NCBI GenBank assembly: GCA_963762885.1
Contig: CAVXNH010000073.1
Coordinates: 21,993 to 85,992, forward strand
Direction of reading: 5' to 3'
Length of the DNA stretch: 64,000 nt
Source of the DNA: an uncultured Alphaproteobacteria bacterium
GTDB taxonomy: Bacteria > Pseudomonadota > Alphaproteobacteria > Acetobacterales > Acetobacteraceae
Shown: piece by piece, positions 11,165-21,069 of the stretch
How positions within the stretch are numbered: the first letter of the stretch is position 1
Layout of the letters: every line of letters begins with the position of its first letter
Program-made: the position numbers and the translations under genes
The notes under the pieces: generated by a model
Seen by the model: the letters and a program-made list of their open reading frames with translations, nothing else
Database searches by the model: none
Told to the model about the DNA's origin: nothing

Positions 11165-13602
11165 GGCCGGCCCTCCATTCCCGGCTGCGCCGGCCGCCAG
11201 CGGCGCAACAGCAGCGCGTTCGACACCACGCTGACCGAGGAGAACGCCATCGCCGCCCCGGCAATCATCGGCGAGAGCAGCCCGAACCCGGCCAGGGGAA
11301 TGCCCACCACGTTGTAGGCGAACGCCCAGAACAGGTTCTGCCGGATTTTTTTGCCCGTCGCCCGGCTGATGGCGATGGCGTCGGCGATCAGCATCGGGTC
11401 GGAGCGCATTAACGTAATCCCGGCCGCCTGCACGGCGACATCCGCGCCGCTGCCCATGGCGATCCCGAGGTCGGCCTGCACCAGCGCCGGAGCGTCGTTC
11501 ACCCCGTCCCCGACCATCGCAGTGCACTTTCCACCGTGTTGCAGCCTGGCGATCTCGGCTGCCTTCCCGGCTGGCAGCACCTCCGCGCGGACCTCGGCGA
11601 TCCCGAGTTCAGCCGCAACCGCTGCCGCGGTCCTGTGATTGTCGCCGGTCAGCAGCACGGTGGCGATGCCCAACGCCTCCAGCCGGCGCAGCGCAGCCGC
11701 AGCGGTGGGCCGTACCGGGTCGGTCACCGCGATGGCGCCCAGCAGCATGGGAGGCTGCGCCAGCGCGGCGACGAACATGACGGAGCGGCCTCGCGCCTCC
11801 AGCGCCCCGGCCGCCGCGTCCAGCGTCAGCGCGACCTCGTGTTCTCGCATCAGCGCCCGGTTGCCGATGGCGATACGCCGCCCGCCGACCGTCGCGGTCA
11901 GACCCAGTCCCGCGTGGCTCTGGAAGTCGCCCAGGGGTGGCAATGTCAGCCCGGCCGCGCGAGCCAGGACGGCGCGGGACAGGGGATGCTCGCTTCCGGT
12001 CTGCGCCGCCGCCGCGAGCGCAAGGAGGCTTGCCTCGTCCGCCGCCGCCGCTAGCAACACCTCCGTCACCACCGGCCGCCCCTCGGTAAGCGTGCCGGTC
12101 TTGTCCAGCACCACCGTGTCGATACGTCTGGCACGTTCCAGCACCTCCGCATCGCGGATCAGGATGCCGGCCCGCGCCGCCGCGCCGGTCCCGGCCATCA
12201 GCGCGGCCGGCGTCGCCAGCCCCAGCGCGCACGGACAGGCGATCACCAGCACCGACACCGCGGCGATCAGCCCCGCCGCGAAGTTTCCCCCGATCACCCA
12301 CCAGCCGCCCAACGCAACCAAAGCGCAGACCAACACGACCGGCACGAACACTGCCGCCACCCGATCCACCATCCGCTGCACCGGGGCCCTGTGCGTCTGC
12401 GCTGCCTCGACCAGCGCGATGATGCGGGCGAGCGTCGTGTCGGCCCCTACCGCCGTGGTCCGCACCCGCAGCAGGCCGCTGCCGTTGATCGATCCGCCGG
12501 CGACGCCGTCGCCCGGCCGCTTGTCCACCGGCAGGCTCTCGCCGGTCAGCAGGCTCTCGTCGGCCTGGGACGAGCCACCCAGGATGCAGCCATCGGTCGG
12601 GATTTGCTCTCCCGGACGCACCACCACGACGTCGCCCTGCCGCACCGCCCCGACCGGCACCCGTTGCTCCACCCCATTGCGCTCGACGCACGCGGTGTCC
12701 GGGCGCAGCGCGCGCAGGGCGCGGATCGCATCACCGGTGGCGCGCCGCGTCCGCGTCTCCAGCCAGCGGCCGAACAGCACCAGGGTGATGACCACCGAAG
12801 CGGCCTCGAAATAGGTCGGTCGGCCCCCGCCAACCGCCACCTGGACCACGCTGTAGAGATATGCCGCGGAGGTACCCAGCGCGACCAGCAGGTCCATGTT
12901 CCCCGTGCGCGCCCGTAGCGCCTTCCAGGCCGCGACATAGAACCGTGCTCCGATGCCGAACTGCACCGGCGTCGCCAGCATCAGCTCGACCCAGCCGGGC
13001 AGCGCCACCCCGGTCATCGGCAGCAGCAGCGGCACGCTCAGCACCGCGGCGGCGGCGACGCTCCATAGCAGGCGCCGCTGCCGGGCGGCGTCGGCATCCT
13101 CCGCGGCGCGCTGCTGCGCGGCGTCGCCCGTCAGCAGCGTGGCGTCGTAGCCGGCATCCTGCACCGCCTCGATCAGCGCGGCCGGGCGCAGCAGGCCGCC
13201 CAGCCCCTCCACCATCGCTCGCTGCGTCGCCAGGTTGACCTCGGCGCGCAGCACGCCCGGCACGGCGGCAAGGGCATGCTCTACCCGGCCAACGCAGGTG
13301 GCGCAGGTCATGCCCGAGATTGCGAGGTCCCGCCGGGCCGGCCGGATGTCGTAGCCGGCGGCCTCGACGGCGTCGGCGATGCGGGCCGGCGTGGCCTGGT
13401 CCGGATCGAACCGAAGGTCGGCCTGTTCGTCGGCCAGGTTCACCGTGGCGGCGACCCCCGGAACAGCGTTCAGCGCGGCCTCCACCCGGCCAGCGCAGGT
13501 AGCGCAGGTCATGCCCGCGATCGGCACCCGCACGTGCTGCCGGCGGTCCTTCGCCGGAGGTGCGGAAGCCGGAGCGGCCGGTGCGGCGATGAGACTGTCC
13601 AT
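11161..13602 (-). CDS. copA: Copper-translocating P1B-type ATPase
   Basis: 813 aa. Two N-terminal HMA domains ([24 protein letters not shown]), a CPC motif ([11 protein letters not shown]), DKTGTLT and [10 protein letters not shown]. Confidence 0.95.
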   Translation of the reverse strand: MDSLIAAPAAPASAPPAKDRRQHVRVPIAGMTCATCAGRVEAALNAVPGVAATVNLADEQADLRFDPDQATPARIADAVEAAGYDIRPARRDLAISGMTCATCVGRVEHALAAVPGVLRAEVNLATQRAMVEGLGGLLRPAALIEAVQDAGYDATLLTGDAAQQRAAEDADAARQRRLLWSVAAAAVLSVPLLLPMTGVALPGWVELMLATPVQFGIGARFYVAAWKALRARTGNMDLLVALGTSAAYLYSVVQVAVGGGRPTYFEAASVVITLVLFGRWLETRTRRATGDAIRALRALRPDTACVERNGVEQRVPVGAVRQGDVVVVRPGEQIPTDGCILGGSSQADESLLTGESLPVDKRPGDGVAGGSINGSGLLRVRTTAVGADTTLARIIALVEAAQTHRAPVQRMVDRVAAVFVPVVLVCALVALGGWWVIGGNFAAGLIAAVSVLVIACPCALGLATPAALMAGTGAAARAGILIRDAEVLERARRIDTVVLDKTGTLTEGRPVVTEVLLAAAADEASLLALAAAAQTGSEHPLSRAVLARAAGLTLPPLGDFQSHAGLGLTATVGGRRIAIGNRALMREHEVALTLDAAAGALEARGRSVMFVAALAQPPMLLGAIAVTDPVRPTAAAALRRLEALGIATVLLTGDNHRTAAAVAAELGIAEVRAEVLPAGKAAEIARLQHGGKCTAMVGDGVNDAPALVQADLGIAMGSGADVAVQAAGITLMRSDPMLIADAIAISRATGKKIRQNLFWAFAYNVVGIPLAGFGLLSPMIAGAAMAFSSVSVVSNALLLRRWRPAQPGMEGRP

Positions 13603-13615
13603 CGGTGGCCCTGCC

Positions 13616-13846
13616 CTAGGAGGCGACCAGCTCCGCGCCGTACCCAGCCTTGCGCACAGCCGCGAGCAATGCGTCCGGGGCGGCGCTGCCGGCCACGTCC
13701 GCTCGGCCGGTTTCCAGCGTCACCCGGACATCGGCTGCGCCCGGCACCCGGGCCAGCACGCGGGTGACGGCGTTGACGCACCCAGCGCAGGTCATGCCGC
13801 TGACGGCGAGGTGTTGCAGGGCAGCGGGCGAGGCGGCGGCAGTCAT
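13616..13846 (-). CDS. copZ: Copper chaperone (HMA domain)
   Basis: 76 aa with [11 protein letters not shown]. Lies directly upstream of copA. Confidence 0.85.
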   Translation of the reverse strand: MTAAASPAALQHLAVSGMTCAGCVNAVTRVLARVPGAADVRVTLETGRADVAGSAAPDALLAAVRKAGYGAELVAS

Positions 13847-13883
13847 GGTGGCGGGCTCTGCGTCTGTTCGATGTGCAGATGGG

Positions 13884-13907
13884 GGTTACCAGCACTGGAA
13901 GGTCAAG
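13884..13907 (-). promoter_or_regulatory. Candidate MerR-type (CueR) operator/promoter upstream of copZ
   Basis: The minus strand reads CTTGACCTTCCAGTGCTGGTAACC: a TTGACC -35 box followed by the palindrome CCAG-TG-CTGG, resembling the 5' half of known CueR boxes. The second half-site and the -10 are poor. Confidence 0.35.
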
Positions 13908-14040
13908 GGGCCGTGCGCGCAGGGCTACCGCATTTGCCGGGAAGGGTATTCCGCCAAAGCCCGGATCGCCGGTGCCCACGGGCAACGCGGCTTGCTTGCG
14001 TCAGGCAATTGCCAGATGCGACAGCCCGCTTCACGCGGCT

Positions 14041-14149
14041 CGGTGCATCGGTGGTTCCACTACCTTGAGCGGTTTCATCGGCGGCGTGCCAGGCAAGGGC
14101 TGGAACCACCGATGCACACCGATGAACCGAGCCGCGTGAGGGTAAATTG
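14041..14149. repeat. Long imperfect inverted repeat (29-nt arms)
   Basis: tcacgcggctcggtgcatcggtggttcca ... tggaaccaccgatgcac[accgatgaac]cgagccgcgtga. Confidence 0.7.
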
Positions 14150-14380
14150 GCAATTCGCTGGATTTCGAAGTCGCGGTTTGCCGAAATCGCGCAGCGGGCA
14201 GACACGCTGAGGCGCTATGCAGCCAATCAAGTGCAGAGCATGGGAGTGGGCTTGCTGCAATTGTCGGCAGCCGGACCTTTCTCAAGAGGACGCCGGAGGA
14301 CAACAAGATTGTTTGTTGCTATTTCGATATCAGGCTTTCACGCGGTCTGCCTGAGCTACGCAATGCGATAAGTTCTCGGG

Positions 14381-14599
14381 ATGGATGCCCTCACGCTCTT
14401 CGGTCTCTTTGCCGTGTCGGCAATGCTGGTGTGCTACGCATTCGAAGCCCGGAGTCACTGGTTCGTGCTGTGCTTCGCTGGCTCGTGTGCCCTCGGCTCT
14501 GCCTATGGCTTCCTCCAGGGGGCCTGGCCGTTTGGCCTGGTCGAGGCGGTCTGGTCAGCCGTTGCTCTTCGACGCTGGCTCTTGGTGCGAAAATCTTGA
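14381..14599 (+). CDS. Small conserved-looking membrane protein (72 aa, 2 TM)
   Basis: MDALTLFGLFAVSAMLVCYAFEARSHWFVLCFAGSCALGSAYGFLQGAWPFGLVEAVWSAVALRRW. The codon bias looks typical of coding sequence. Confidence 0.55.
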   Translation: MDALTLFGLFAVSAMLVCYAFEARSHWFVLCFAGSCALGSAYGFLQGAWPFGLVEAVWSAVALRRWLLVRKS

Positions 14600-14673
14600 A
14601 CGATGTTATGCATCTGCCGCGATCTGGGCGCTGCGAAAACCCTGAACCGCAGACGCGCCGGCAACACCGCAAA

Positions 14674-14805
14674 ACTTTTAACCCGGAGACAGAACGAGGG
14701 CCACGGGAGACCACGGAGGCCAGCGTGCCGGCCCCCGCTGCCCCGGCCGGGCACGCAGCCTCCGTGGTTCTCCGTGGCCCTCGTTCTGTCTCCGTGTTAA
14801 AAGCT
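14674..14805. repeat. REP/MITE-like family E (TTTTAACxCGGAG termini)
   Basis: About 45-nt arms: ttttaacccggagacagaacgagggccacgggagaccacggagg ... cctccgtggttctccgtggccctcgttctgtctccgtgttaaaa. A related copy lies at 43917-44060. Confidence 0.8.
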
Positions 14806-15211
14806 TTCTTGCTATCGCGAGGCTGCCGCCAAATGCGATAGCCTTGGGTTATCCCCGGTTCACACGCAGCGTAATCCAAACAGGTACAGCATTTGACATC
14901 CCGCGCGGCGATGCACGCCTTTCTGCAAGCTGCGGCCCAAGCGCAACGCATACCAAGCGGCTTACGGATTGACGCTCCGGCACCGTGCCACGCCGAATGA
15001 GATGGCGGGTGCGGACCATTCGTGGGTCGGTCTTTGGCGTTTGCAATCAAATCTCGGTCGCGAACCGAAGCTCCACTGCACCTGGACGAATTGTTTCCGG
15101 CGGCGGGCATTCCTTGAGCAGGGGTTCGGCGGCAGCGTAGCATGGCGATAGCGCCGCCAATCGGCGATGGACGGGGACAGCCGCGGCGCTCGCAACCAAC
15201 CGGAAACTCCG

Positions 15212-17149
15212 ATGCCAGCGCCCTTGATCCCGCGCGCCCGACTGTTCGGCAACCCCAACCGGTTGGCCGGCACCATCAGCCCGGACGGCAGCCGCCTCGC
15301 CTGGGTTGCCCCGCTCGACGGCGTCCTCAACATCTGGACCGTATTGCTCCACCAGCCGGCGGATGCGCGGCCGCTCACGCGCGACACTAAACGCGGCGTG
15401 CGCGACTACTACTGGGCCTATGACGGCCGGCACTTGCTGTTCCTCCAGGATCGCGACGGCGACGAGAACTGGCGCCTGCACGCTGTGGATGTCGGCAGCG
15501 GCGAGATCCGGCCGCTGACGCCGGAGGGCGCGCGTGCCACGCCGGCCGGCGCCAGCCGTCACGTGCGCGGCGCGGTGCTGGTCACCCACAACCAGCGCGA
15601 CCCGAGATACCCCGATCTCTACCGGGTCGAGATCGCCACCGGCGAAACCACGCTGGTCGCCGAGAACCCAGGCTTCGCCGGCTTCCTGTCGGATGATCGC
15701 TTCGTCCCCCGCCTGGCGCTGCGGTCCACCCCGGACGGCGGCATGGACATGGTGCGCCCCGCCCCGGACGGTACTGGGCGGAATGGAGCCATGTCCCCCC
15801 CGAGGACGTCTTCGCCACCGATGTCAGCCACCTCGGCGCCGACGGCAATACGCTCTATCTGCGCGACAGCCGAGGCCGCGACACCGCGGCGCTGCTGGCC
15901 ATCGACCTCACCACCGGCGCGCAGCGCGTGCTGGCGGAACACGCGGAGGCCGACATCGGCGGCCTGATCACCGACCGCGACACCTACGCCCCGCTGGCCT
16001 ACGCGGTGACGGTGGAGCGCATGGCCTACGTTGCGCTCGACCCCGCCGTGCAAGCGGACCTGGAGTTCCTGGGCGCGCAGGGGCTTGGCGACTGGTGGAT
16101 CATGAGCCGCACCGAGGACGATCGGACGTGGATCGTCGGCGCGCGGTCCGACATCAGGCCTGGAGTCGCCTATCTGTACGACCGCGCGGCAGGCACGATT
16201 GACAAGCTTTACGAGACGCGCCCCGACCTTCACGGCGCGCCGCTCGCCAGCATGCACCCGGTCACCATCCCGGCCCGCGACGGCAGCAAGCTGGTCTCCT
16301 ATCTGACGCTGCCACGCCGCCTCGACCCCAACGGTACCGGGCGGCCAACCGAGCCGGCGCCCATGGTGTTGCTGGTGCATGGCGGACCCTGGGCGCGCGA
16401 TACGTTCGGCTACAACTCCTACGCCCAGTGGCTCGCCGACCGAGGCTACGCCGTGCTCAGCGTCAACTTCCGCGGGTCTACCGGCCTGGGCAAGCGCTTC
16501 ATCAACGCCGGCAACCGGGAGTGGGGCCGGCGCATGGACGACGATCTGCTGGACACGGTCGCCTGGGCGCTGCGGGTCGGCATCGCGGACGCGTCCCGGC
16601 TCGCCATCTTCGGCGCCAGTTATGGCGGCTACGCCGTGCTCGCCGCCATGACGCGCAATCCGGAGTTCTATGCCTGCGGGGTCGATATCGTCGGGCCGTC
16701 AAATCTGGAGACGCTGATGGCGACCGTCCCGCCCTATTGGGCGTCGTTTCGCGCCCAGCTCATCGGCGCCCTTGGCGACCCGAACACCGAGGAAGGCCGC
16801 GCGTTGCTGCGTGAACGTTCGCCGCTGCACAGCGCAGGCAACATCCGCCGGCCGCTATTAGTCGCGCAGGGCGCCAACGATCCGCGCGTGAAGCAGTCGG
16901 AGTCGGACCAGATGGTCGCGGCGATGCAAGCCAACGGCGTCCCCGTCACGTATCTGCTGTATCCCGACGAAGGCCACGGTTTCGTCCGGCCGGAAAACCA
17001 GCTCGCATTCGTTGCGGTGGCGGAGAACTTTCTTGCCGAGTGCCTTGGCGGCGACGCCGCTCCGGTTACCCCGGAGGAACTCCAGGCCACCACGATGCAA
17101 GTACCTCGAAGGCGCCCCGACCTATCTCGACGCGGCGAGGGATGGGTAG
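15212..17149 (+). pseudogene. S9-family serine peptidase (prolyl oligopeptidase / dipeptidyl aminopeptidase type); two frameshifts as assembled
   Basis: N-terminal beta-propeller region (ISPDGSRLAWVAP...) and an alpha/beta-hydrolase domain with GASYGGY (Ser), ANDPRV (Asp) and DEGHGF (His). Shifts near 15770-15775 and 17100-17106. The likely true end is ...LEGAPTYLDAARDG with TAG at 17147-17149. Confidence 0.8.
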
Positions 17150-17164
17150 CGGAGACGAATACTG

Positions 17165-17196
17165 CCCCTCCCCCTGAGCGAGGGGGAGGGCTTTTT
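17165..17196 (+). terminator. Rho-independent terminator-like hairpin after the S9 peptidase gene
   Basis: cccctcccc-ctgagcga-gggggaggg followed by cttttt. Confidence 0.55.
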
Positions 17197-17197
17197 A

Positions 17198-17357
17198 GGC
17201 GACGTCCAACAAAAGATGCGTCACTTGGCGCCTGGACCACGCGTCCCCGTCATGGCCGGCACAAGCCCCGGGACAAGCGCCCGGGGCCATGGGCGGGCCA
17301 TGACGGGAGAACGGATCAGCGTGCCACCAGCCAACTCGTTCATTGTTGGGCGTCGCC
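17198..17357. mobile_element. MITE (160 bp) with terminal inverted repeats GGCGACGYCCAACAA and a 3-bp TSD (TTA)
   Basis: Left end tta|ggcgacgtccaacaaaag, right end cattgttgggcgtcgcc|tta. The interior contains the cgtcatggccgg...ccatgacgg hairpin. A second copy at 39946-40164 has identical 16-nt termini. Confidence 0.8.
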
Positions 17358-17403
17358 TTACTGCGTTGCGCGCTTACCCTGACAGCTATTGGGCTCGACC
17401 AAA

Positions 17404-17865
17404 CTACTTCCCCTCCGCCAGCGCCTTCACCTCATCCATCGCTTCCACGAAGCGCTGGTTGATCAGCGCCAGCGCCTCGGCGTTGGACTGCTGGATCAGG
17501 TCGCGCATCTCCTGCATGTTCGCAACCGCGCGCTCATAGGCCAGCTTCAGCATCTCGGCCTGCTTCGCCGCTTTCGCCTGCGGACCTTCCACCGACGCCA
17601 GCGCCTTCATGCCGTCGGTCAACTCCGCCATGCTTTGCTGCATGATCTCCATGTTGCGCCGTGCGATCGCCTGCGCGCCTTCCATCGCGACGCGGTTGGC
17701 CGCGGTGAAGGTTTCGATATTGCGCCTGTTGGCGGCGATGAACGCTTCCATGTCTGGCATCGCCGGCAGCTTCAGCTCGCTGAACAGCTTGGTGAAATCT
17801 CCGGAGAACCCGGCGCCCGACGAGGCTTTCGTCGCCCCCGGCTTGGATTGTGGACCGCTGGCCAT
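17404..17865 (-). CDS. phaP: Phasin-family protein (PHA granule-associated)
   Basis: 153 aa, alanine/glutamine-rich helical sequence: ...FIAANRRNIETFTAANRVAMEGAQAIARRNMEIMQQSMAE..., typical of alphaproteobacterial phasins. Confidence 0.8.
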   Translation of the reverse strand: MASGPQSKPGATKASSGAGFSGDFTKLFSELKLPAMPDMEAFIAANRRNIETFTAANRVAMEGAQAIARRNMEIMQQSMAELTDGMKALASVEGPQAKAAKQAEMLKLAYERAVANMQEMRDLIQQSNAEALALINQRFVEAMDEVKALAEGK

Positions 17866-17984
17866 GGCTCGGCTCCTTTGCTCGCCTGAGTTTCGCTGCC
17901 GATATTACGTCGGGTTGTGCATGCCCGCCAGCGTAGCTCGGCCGGACCCAATTCAGGATCGAGCGAGCGCGCGGGGCAAACCGT

Positions 17985-18656
17985 TCAGGCGATCGGACCA
18001 TCGGGCGCCGGACCGTTCGGCTCGGCGTCCGGCTCGGCAGCCGAGGCGTCCGCCTCGCCCGCGTCGGGCGCCTCCTCCGGCACAGCGTCGCGGCCGCTGC
18101 CGCCCAGCCAGCCGGCCAGCCGCTCGGCTCGCCGCAGCGCCGCATCCAGCGCCGCCATCGTGCCCGAAAGGTCTGCGCTCTCGTCACGTTCCCACGCCCG
18201 CAGCGTCCACACCCAGACCGCAACCAGGCCGCGCACCCGAAGCTCGCCGCGCAGGCCGGCGGTGGACACGCCCGCCGCCTCCAGCATCCACCGCATGCTG
18301 CGCTTTGTCGCACAGGCCAGCAGCAGCGCCGTCGGCGGCTCGGTCGGCAACGCGCGCAGCAGCGCGGCGACACCGGCGCGGTGCGCCTGCAACGCATCGA
18401 ACCGCCGCATCAGCAGGTCGAACAGCTTGTCGCGAACCGTGCCCTCGGTCGGCGTTTCGGCGAGCGCCGCCCGATCCGCCATCCGGCCGAACTGCCGCAG
18501 CACGGCGCCATGCCCGGGGAACCGCACCCGAGCTTCCGCCAGCGGCAGCGCCGCCGCCCGCGCCGCCTCGGCCACGCTCGTTCTGGTCCAGCCACGCTCC
18601 GCCGCCAGGCGGAAGAACGAAGCGATCAGCGCGCTGTCGAAGTCTGTGTCGCTCAT
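17985..18656 (-). CDS. TetR-like transcriptional regulator
   Basis: N-terminal LIASFFRLAAERGWTRTSVAEAARAAALPLAEARVRF resembles a TetR HTH. Acidic low-complexity C-terminal tail. Confidence 0.55.
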   Translation of the reverse strand: MSDTDFDSALIASFFRLAAERGWTRTSVAEAARAAALPLAEARVRFPGHGAVLRQFGRMADRAALAETPTEGTVRDKLFDLLMRRFDALQAHRAGVAALLRALPTEPPTALLLACATKRSMRWMLEAAGVSTAGLRGELRVRGLVAVWVWTLRAWERDESADLSGTMAALDAALRRAERLAGWLGGSGRDAVPEEAPDAGEADASAAEPDAEPNGPAPDGPIA

Positions 18657-18760
18657 GCCGATAACATGGCGTCAAACCGGCGCGCTGTCAGCCCTGCGAT
18701 TGCCTTCGCCTTCGAGCGCCGATCCCGACAGCCCCGCACCGGGATCGGCGGGCCCCGCGA

Positions 18761-19765
18761 TCATGCCGCCGAACGCTGCGCCGCCCGTGCCGGAGGCGCC
18801 ATGAACTGCGGCCCGGCGGGGTCGGTGACATGGCGCCGCACGATCGCCTCGATCTCCAACATCGCAGCTTCGTCCAGCGACCATCCCATTGCGTCCGCCA
18901 CCGGATCGAGCTGATCCGGCCGCCGCGCACCCCACAGCGCGATCGTCGGCCCGCGATCCAGAATCCAGCGCACCGCCAATGCCAGCACGCTGCGCCCGTA
19001 ACGCTCCCGCGCGAACGCCGCCAGCGCATCCACCGCCGCCAGGTATTGCGCATAACGAGGCGCCCGGAACTTCGGATCGACCCGCCGCAGGTCGTCGCCG
19101 GTGAACTGCGTATCGGCCCGCATCCGCCCGGTCAGCAGTCCGCGGCACAGCGCGCCATAAGCCAGCACCGTCAGGCCATTGCGCTGCGCGTAAGTCAGCA
19201 CGTCGGCCTCGGCGTCGCGTTCGAACAGATTGTATGGCGGCTGCACCGCGTGCAGCGGCGCCACCGCGCGGAATTGCTCCATCTGCGCAGCGGAAAAATT
19301 GCTGACGCCAACAGCGTTGATCTTGCCGGCGCGAAACAGCCGCTCGAGTTCGCGGGCGGTCTCCTCGATCGGCACGGCCGGATCCGGCCAGTGGACCTGG
19401 TACAGATCGATGACGTCGGTGCGCAGCCGGCGCAGCGAGTCCTCGACCTCCTGGCGCACCCGTGCCGCGCCGGCATCACGGAACACCTGCCCGTCGTGCC
19501 AGTTGAGCCCCACCTTGGTCGCGATCAGCACGCGGTCGCGCCGTCCGCCGGCCGCCAGCGCCTGGCCGACGATCTCCTCGGAGCGGCCGAAACCATAGGC
19601 CGGCGCGGTGTCGATCATCGTGATGCCGCGATCGAGAGCGGCGTGGATCGTCGCGATCGCCTCGCGCTCGTCGGTGCCGCCCCACATCCAGCCGCCGATC
19701 GCCCAGGTGCCGAGCGCAATGCGCGACGATGTCATACCCGTGCCATCAATCTCGATCTGTTCCAT
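18761..19765 (-). CDS. Aldo/keto reductase
   Basis: MEQIEIDGTGMTSSRIALGTWAIGG...IDTAPAYGFGRSEEIVG...LIATKVG...DLYQVHWPD...GVSNF. Confidence 0.9.
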   Translation of the reverse strand: MEQIEIDGTGMTSSRIALGTWAIGGWMWGGTDEREAIATIHAALDRGITMIDTAPAYGFGRSEEIVGQALAAGGRRDRVLIATKVGLNWHDGQVFRDAGAARVRQEVEDSLRRLRTDVIDLYQVHWPDPAVPIEETARELERLFRAGKINAVGVSNFSAAQMEQFRAVAPLHAVQPPYNLFERDAEADVLTYAQRNGLTVLAYGALCRGLLTGRMRADTQFTGDDLRRVDPKFRAPRYAQYLAAVDALAAFARERYGRSVLALAVRWILDRGPTIALWGARRPDQLDPVADAMGWSLDEAAMLEIEAIVRRHVTDPAGPQFMAPPARAAQRSAA

Positions 19766-20006
19766 TCCCGGCTCTCCATCTGCCGGCTGGCAGGTGGGAT
19801 GCCGTGGCGCGATGCGTTCCACCGCACGAGGACAGACTGCTATGCACGATGCGCACTTGGCGGATCGGAGGGTCGCGCCATATGCCCCGGTCTCGCGGTG
19901 TCACGGAAACGCGAGGAATTGAGTGGCGGCCGCGTCCGGTGCGTCCCGCGCGGCAGCACGATGGTTCGAAATCCATACCGTGTTCGTTACGCCGGCGACG
20001 CCGCCC

Positions 20007-20522
20007 TCAGGCCACTGGCTCGAATGTCGTCTGTTGGATCAATTCGGGCGCCTTATCGAACACCATAACCAAACTCAGCGCCGCCCCATCCGGCTTGTTC
20101 CGTCCCTGCTCCCAATTCTGCAGCGTATCGATGTCGATGCCGAGCACCTCGGCAAATTCGCGCTGCGACAATCCGTGACGAGCCCGCACCGCGACGATAA
20201 TCCCGGGATCGGGCTGGCGACGGCGATAGGTGTGCACGTTCATTGCCACCAGGTCGGCGGCGAGCGCGGGGATATCCGCACCCTCGGCGATCCGACAGGT
20301 TGCTAACCGCGTCTCGGCCAACCGATTGATCACCGCATGCGCAGCACGCAACGTCAGACCAGCGGCGTAGAATCGCTTGGCAACCGAAATCGGCTTATCA
20401 AGTGGACCGACCAGCCGCAGCACCAGGCTAACGACATCGCCGGAAAACGAGGGGGGCGGGTCGGCGTCCCGGGCCGGCCCCAGACGTGCGAACCGCGCCC
20501 TCAATTCGGAGTTCGTCGACAT
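20007..20522 (-). CDS. Two-domain protein with a C-terminal XRE/COG2944-like HTH (putative antitoxin)
   Basis: The C-terminus IVAVRARHGLSQREFAEVLGIDIDTLQNWEQGRNKPDGAALSLVMV is a typical antitoxin-type HTH. The N-terminal ~100 aa are uncharacterised. ATG at 20522. Confidence 0.65.
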   Translation of the reverse strand: MSTNSELRARFARLGPARDADPPPSFSGDVVSLVLRLVGPLDKPISVAKRFYAAGLTLRAAHAVINRLAETRLATCRIAEGADIPALAADLVAMNVHTYRRRQPDPGIIVAVRARHGLSQREFAEVLGIDIDTLQNWEQGRNKPDGAALSLVMVFDKAPELIQQTTFEPVA

Positions 20523-20682
20523 CCAGAACCTCCATTGCCTGCTGAGCCAGGTGGCGCAACTCTGTCCAACCGAGGACATTCGGCCCAGCGCCTTGAATGT
20601 CCAGCCTTCGCAGCCCGATCATCCGGTCGTGCAACTCGGCGTAGAACATGATCTCCAGTTCCGCAGCCCCGTCCGAAAGCAC
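20428..20682 (-). CDS. Hypothetical protein, candidate partner of the HTH protein (start uncertain; the frame is open up to 20748)
   Basis: Open frame ...KWEIGDFGYAVLSDGAAELEIMFYAELHDRMIGLRRLDIQG...VDELRIEGAVRTSGAGPGRRPAPLVF. It overlaps the downstream gene by ~95 nt in another frame. No recognised domain. Confidence 0.35.
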   Translation of the reverse strand: MLSDGAAELEIMFYAELHDRMIGLRRLDIQGAGPNVLGWTELRHLAQQAMEVLDVDELRIEGAVRTSGAGPGRRPAPLVFRRCR

Positions 20683-21069
20683 GGCGTAGCCAAAGTCGCC
20701 TATCTCCCACTTCAGTGCGACGAGGTGCCAAACTCTTGGCGACAGCTCCTACGAGGGCATGGGCAGCTCCATCGATCGACGTGGATTTGCCCGGCCAGCT
20801 TGGTCCGGTGCGGTCTCATGGCATGGCAATAGCTTATACGCGCGCCACGTATAGTCGTCAACCTACTCAGTCATTGGCCGCTCGGTAGTGGGCCAGCGCA
20901 GTTACCTTTGGCTTCCGTATCGACTGCCGTTGGAGATGGCGGGATTGCGGAGTAAAACGAACGGACGCAGATGGCGCGGGCGGCGGACAATGCCAACACG
21001 CGCACGATGCAACTCTCCGACCGGCGACGCGTGAAGCGAAACGGCCGACAGTGGGGATAACGACGCCGC

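Noticed and set aside
11609-12814. 360-391-aa ORFs overlapping copA on both strands
   Set aside because: These are off-frame or antisense to an intact P-type ATPase that has all its signature motifs.
19955-19990. tRNA-like T-arm sequence (GGTTCGAAATCC)
   Set aside because: I could build no acceptor stem, anticodon arm or CCA-compatible 3' end around it, and the putative T-loop has 8 nt. It is probably a chance match. tRNAscan would settle it.
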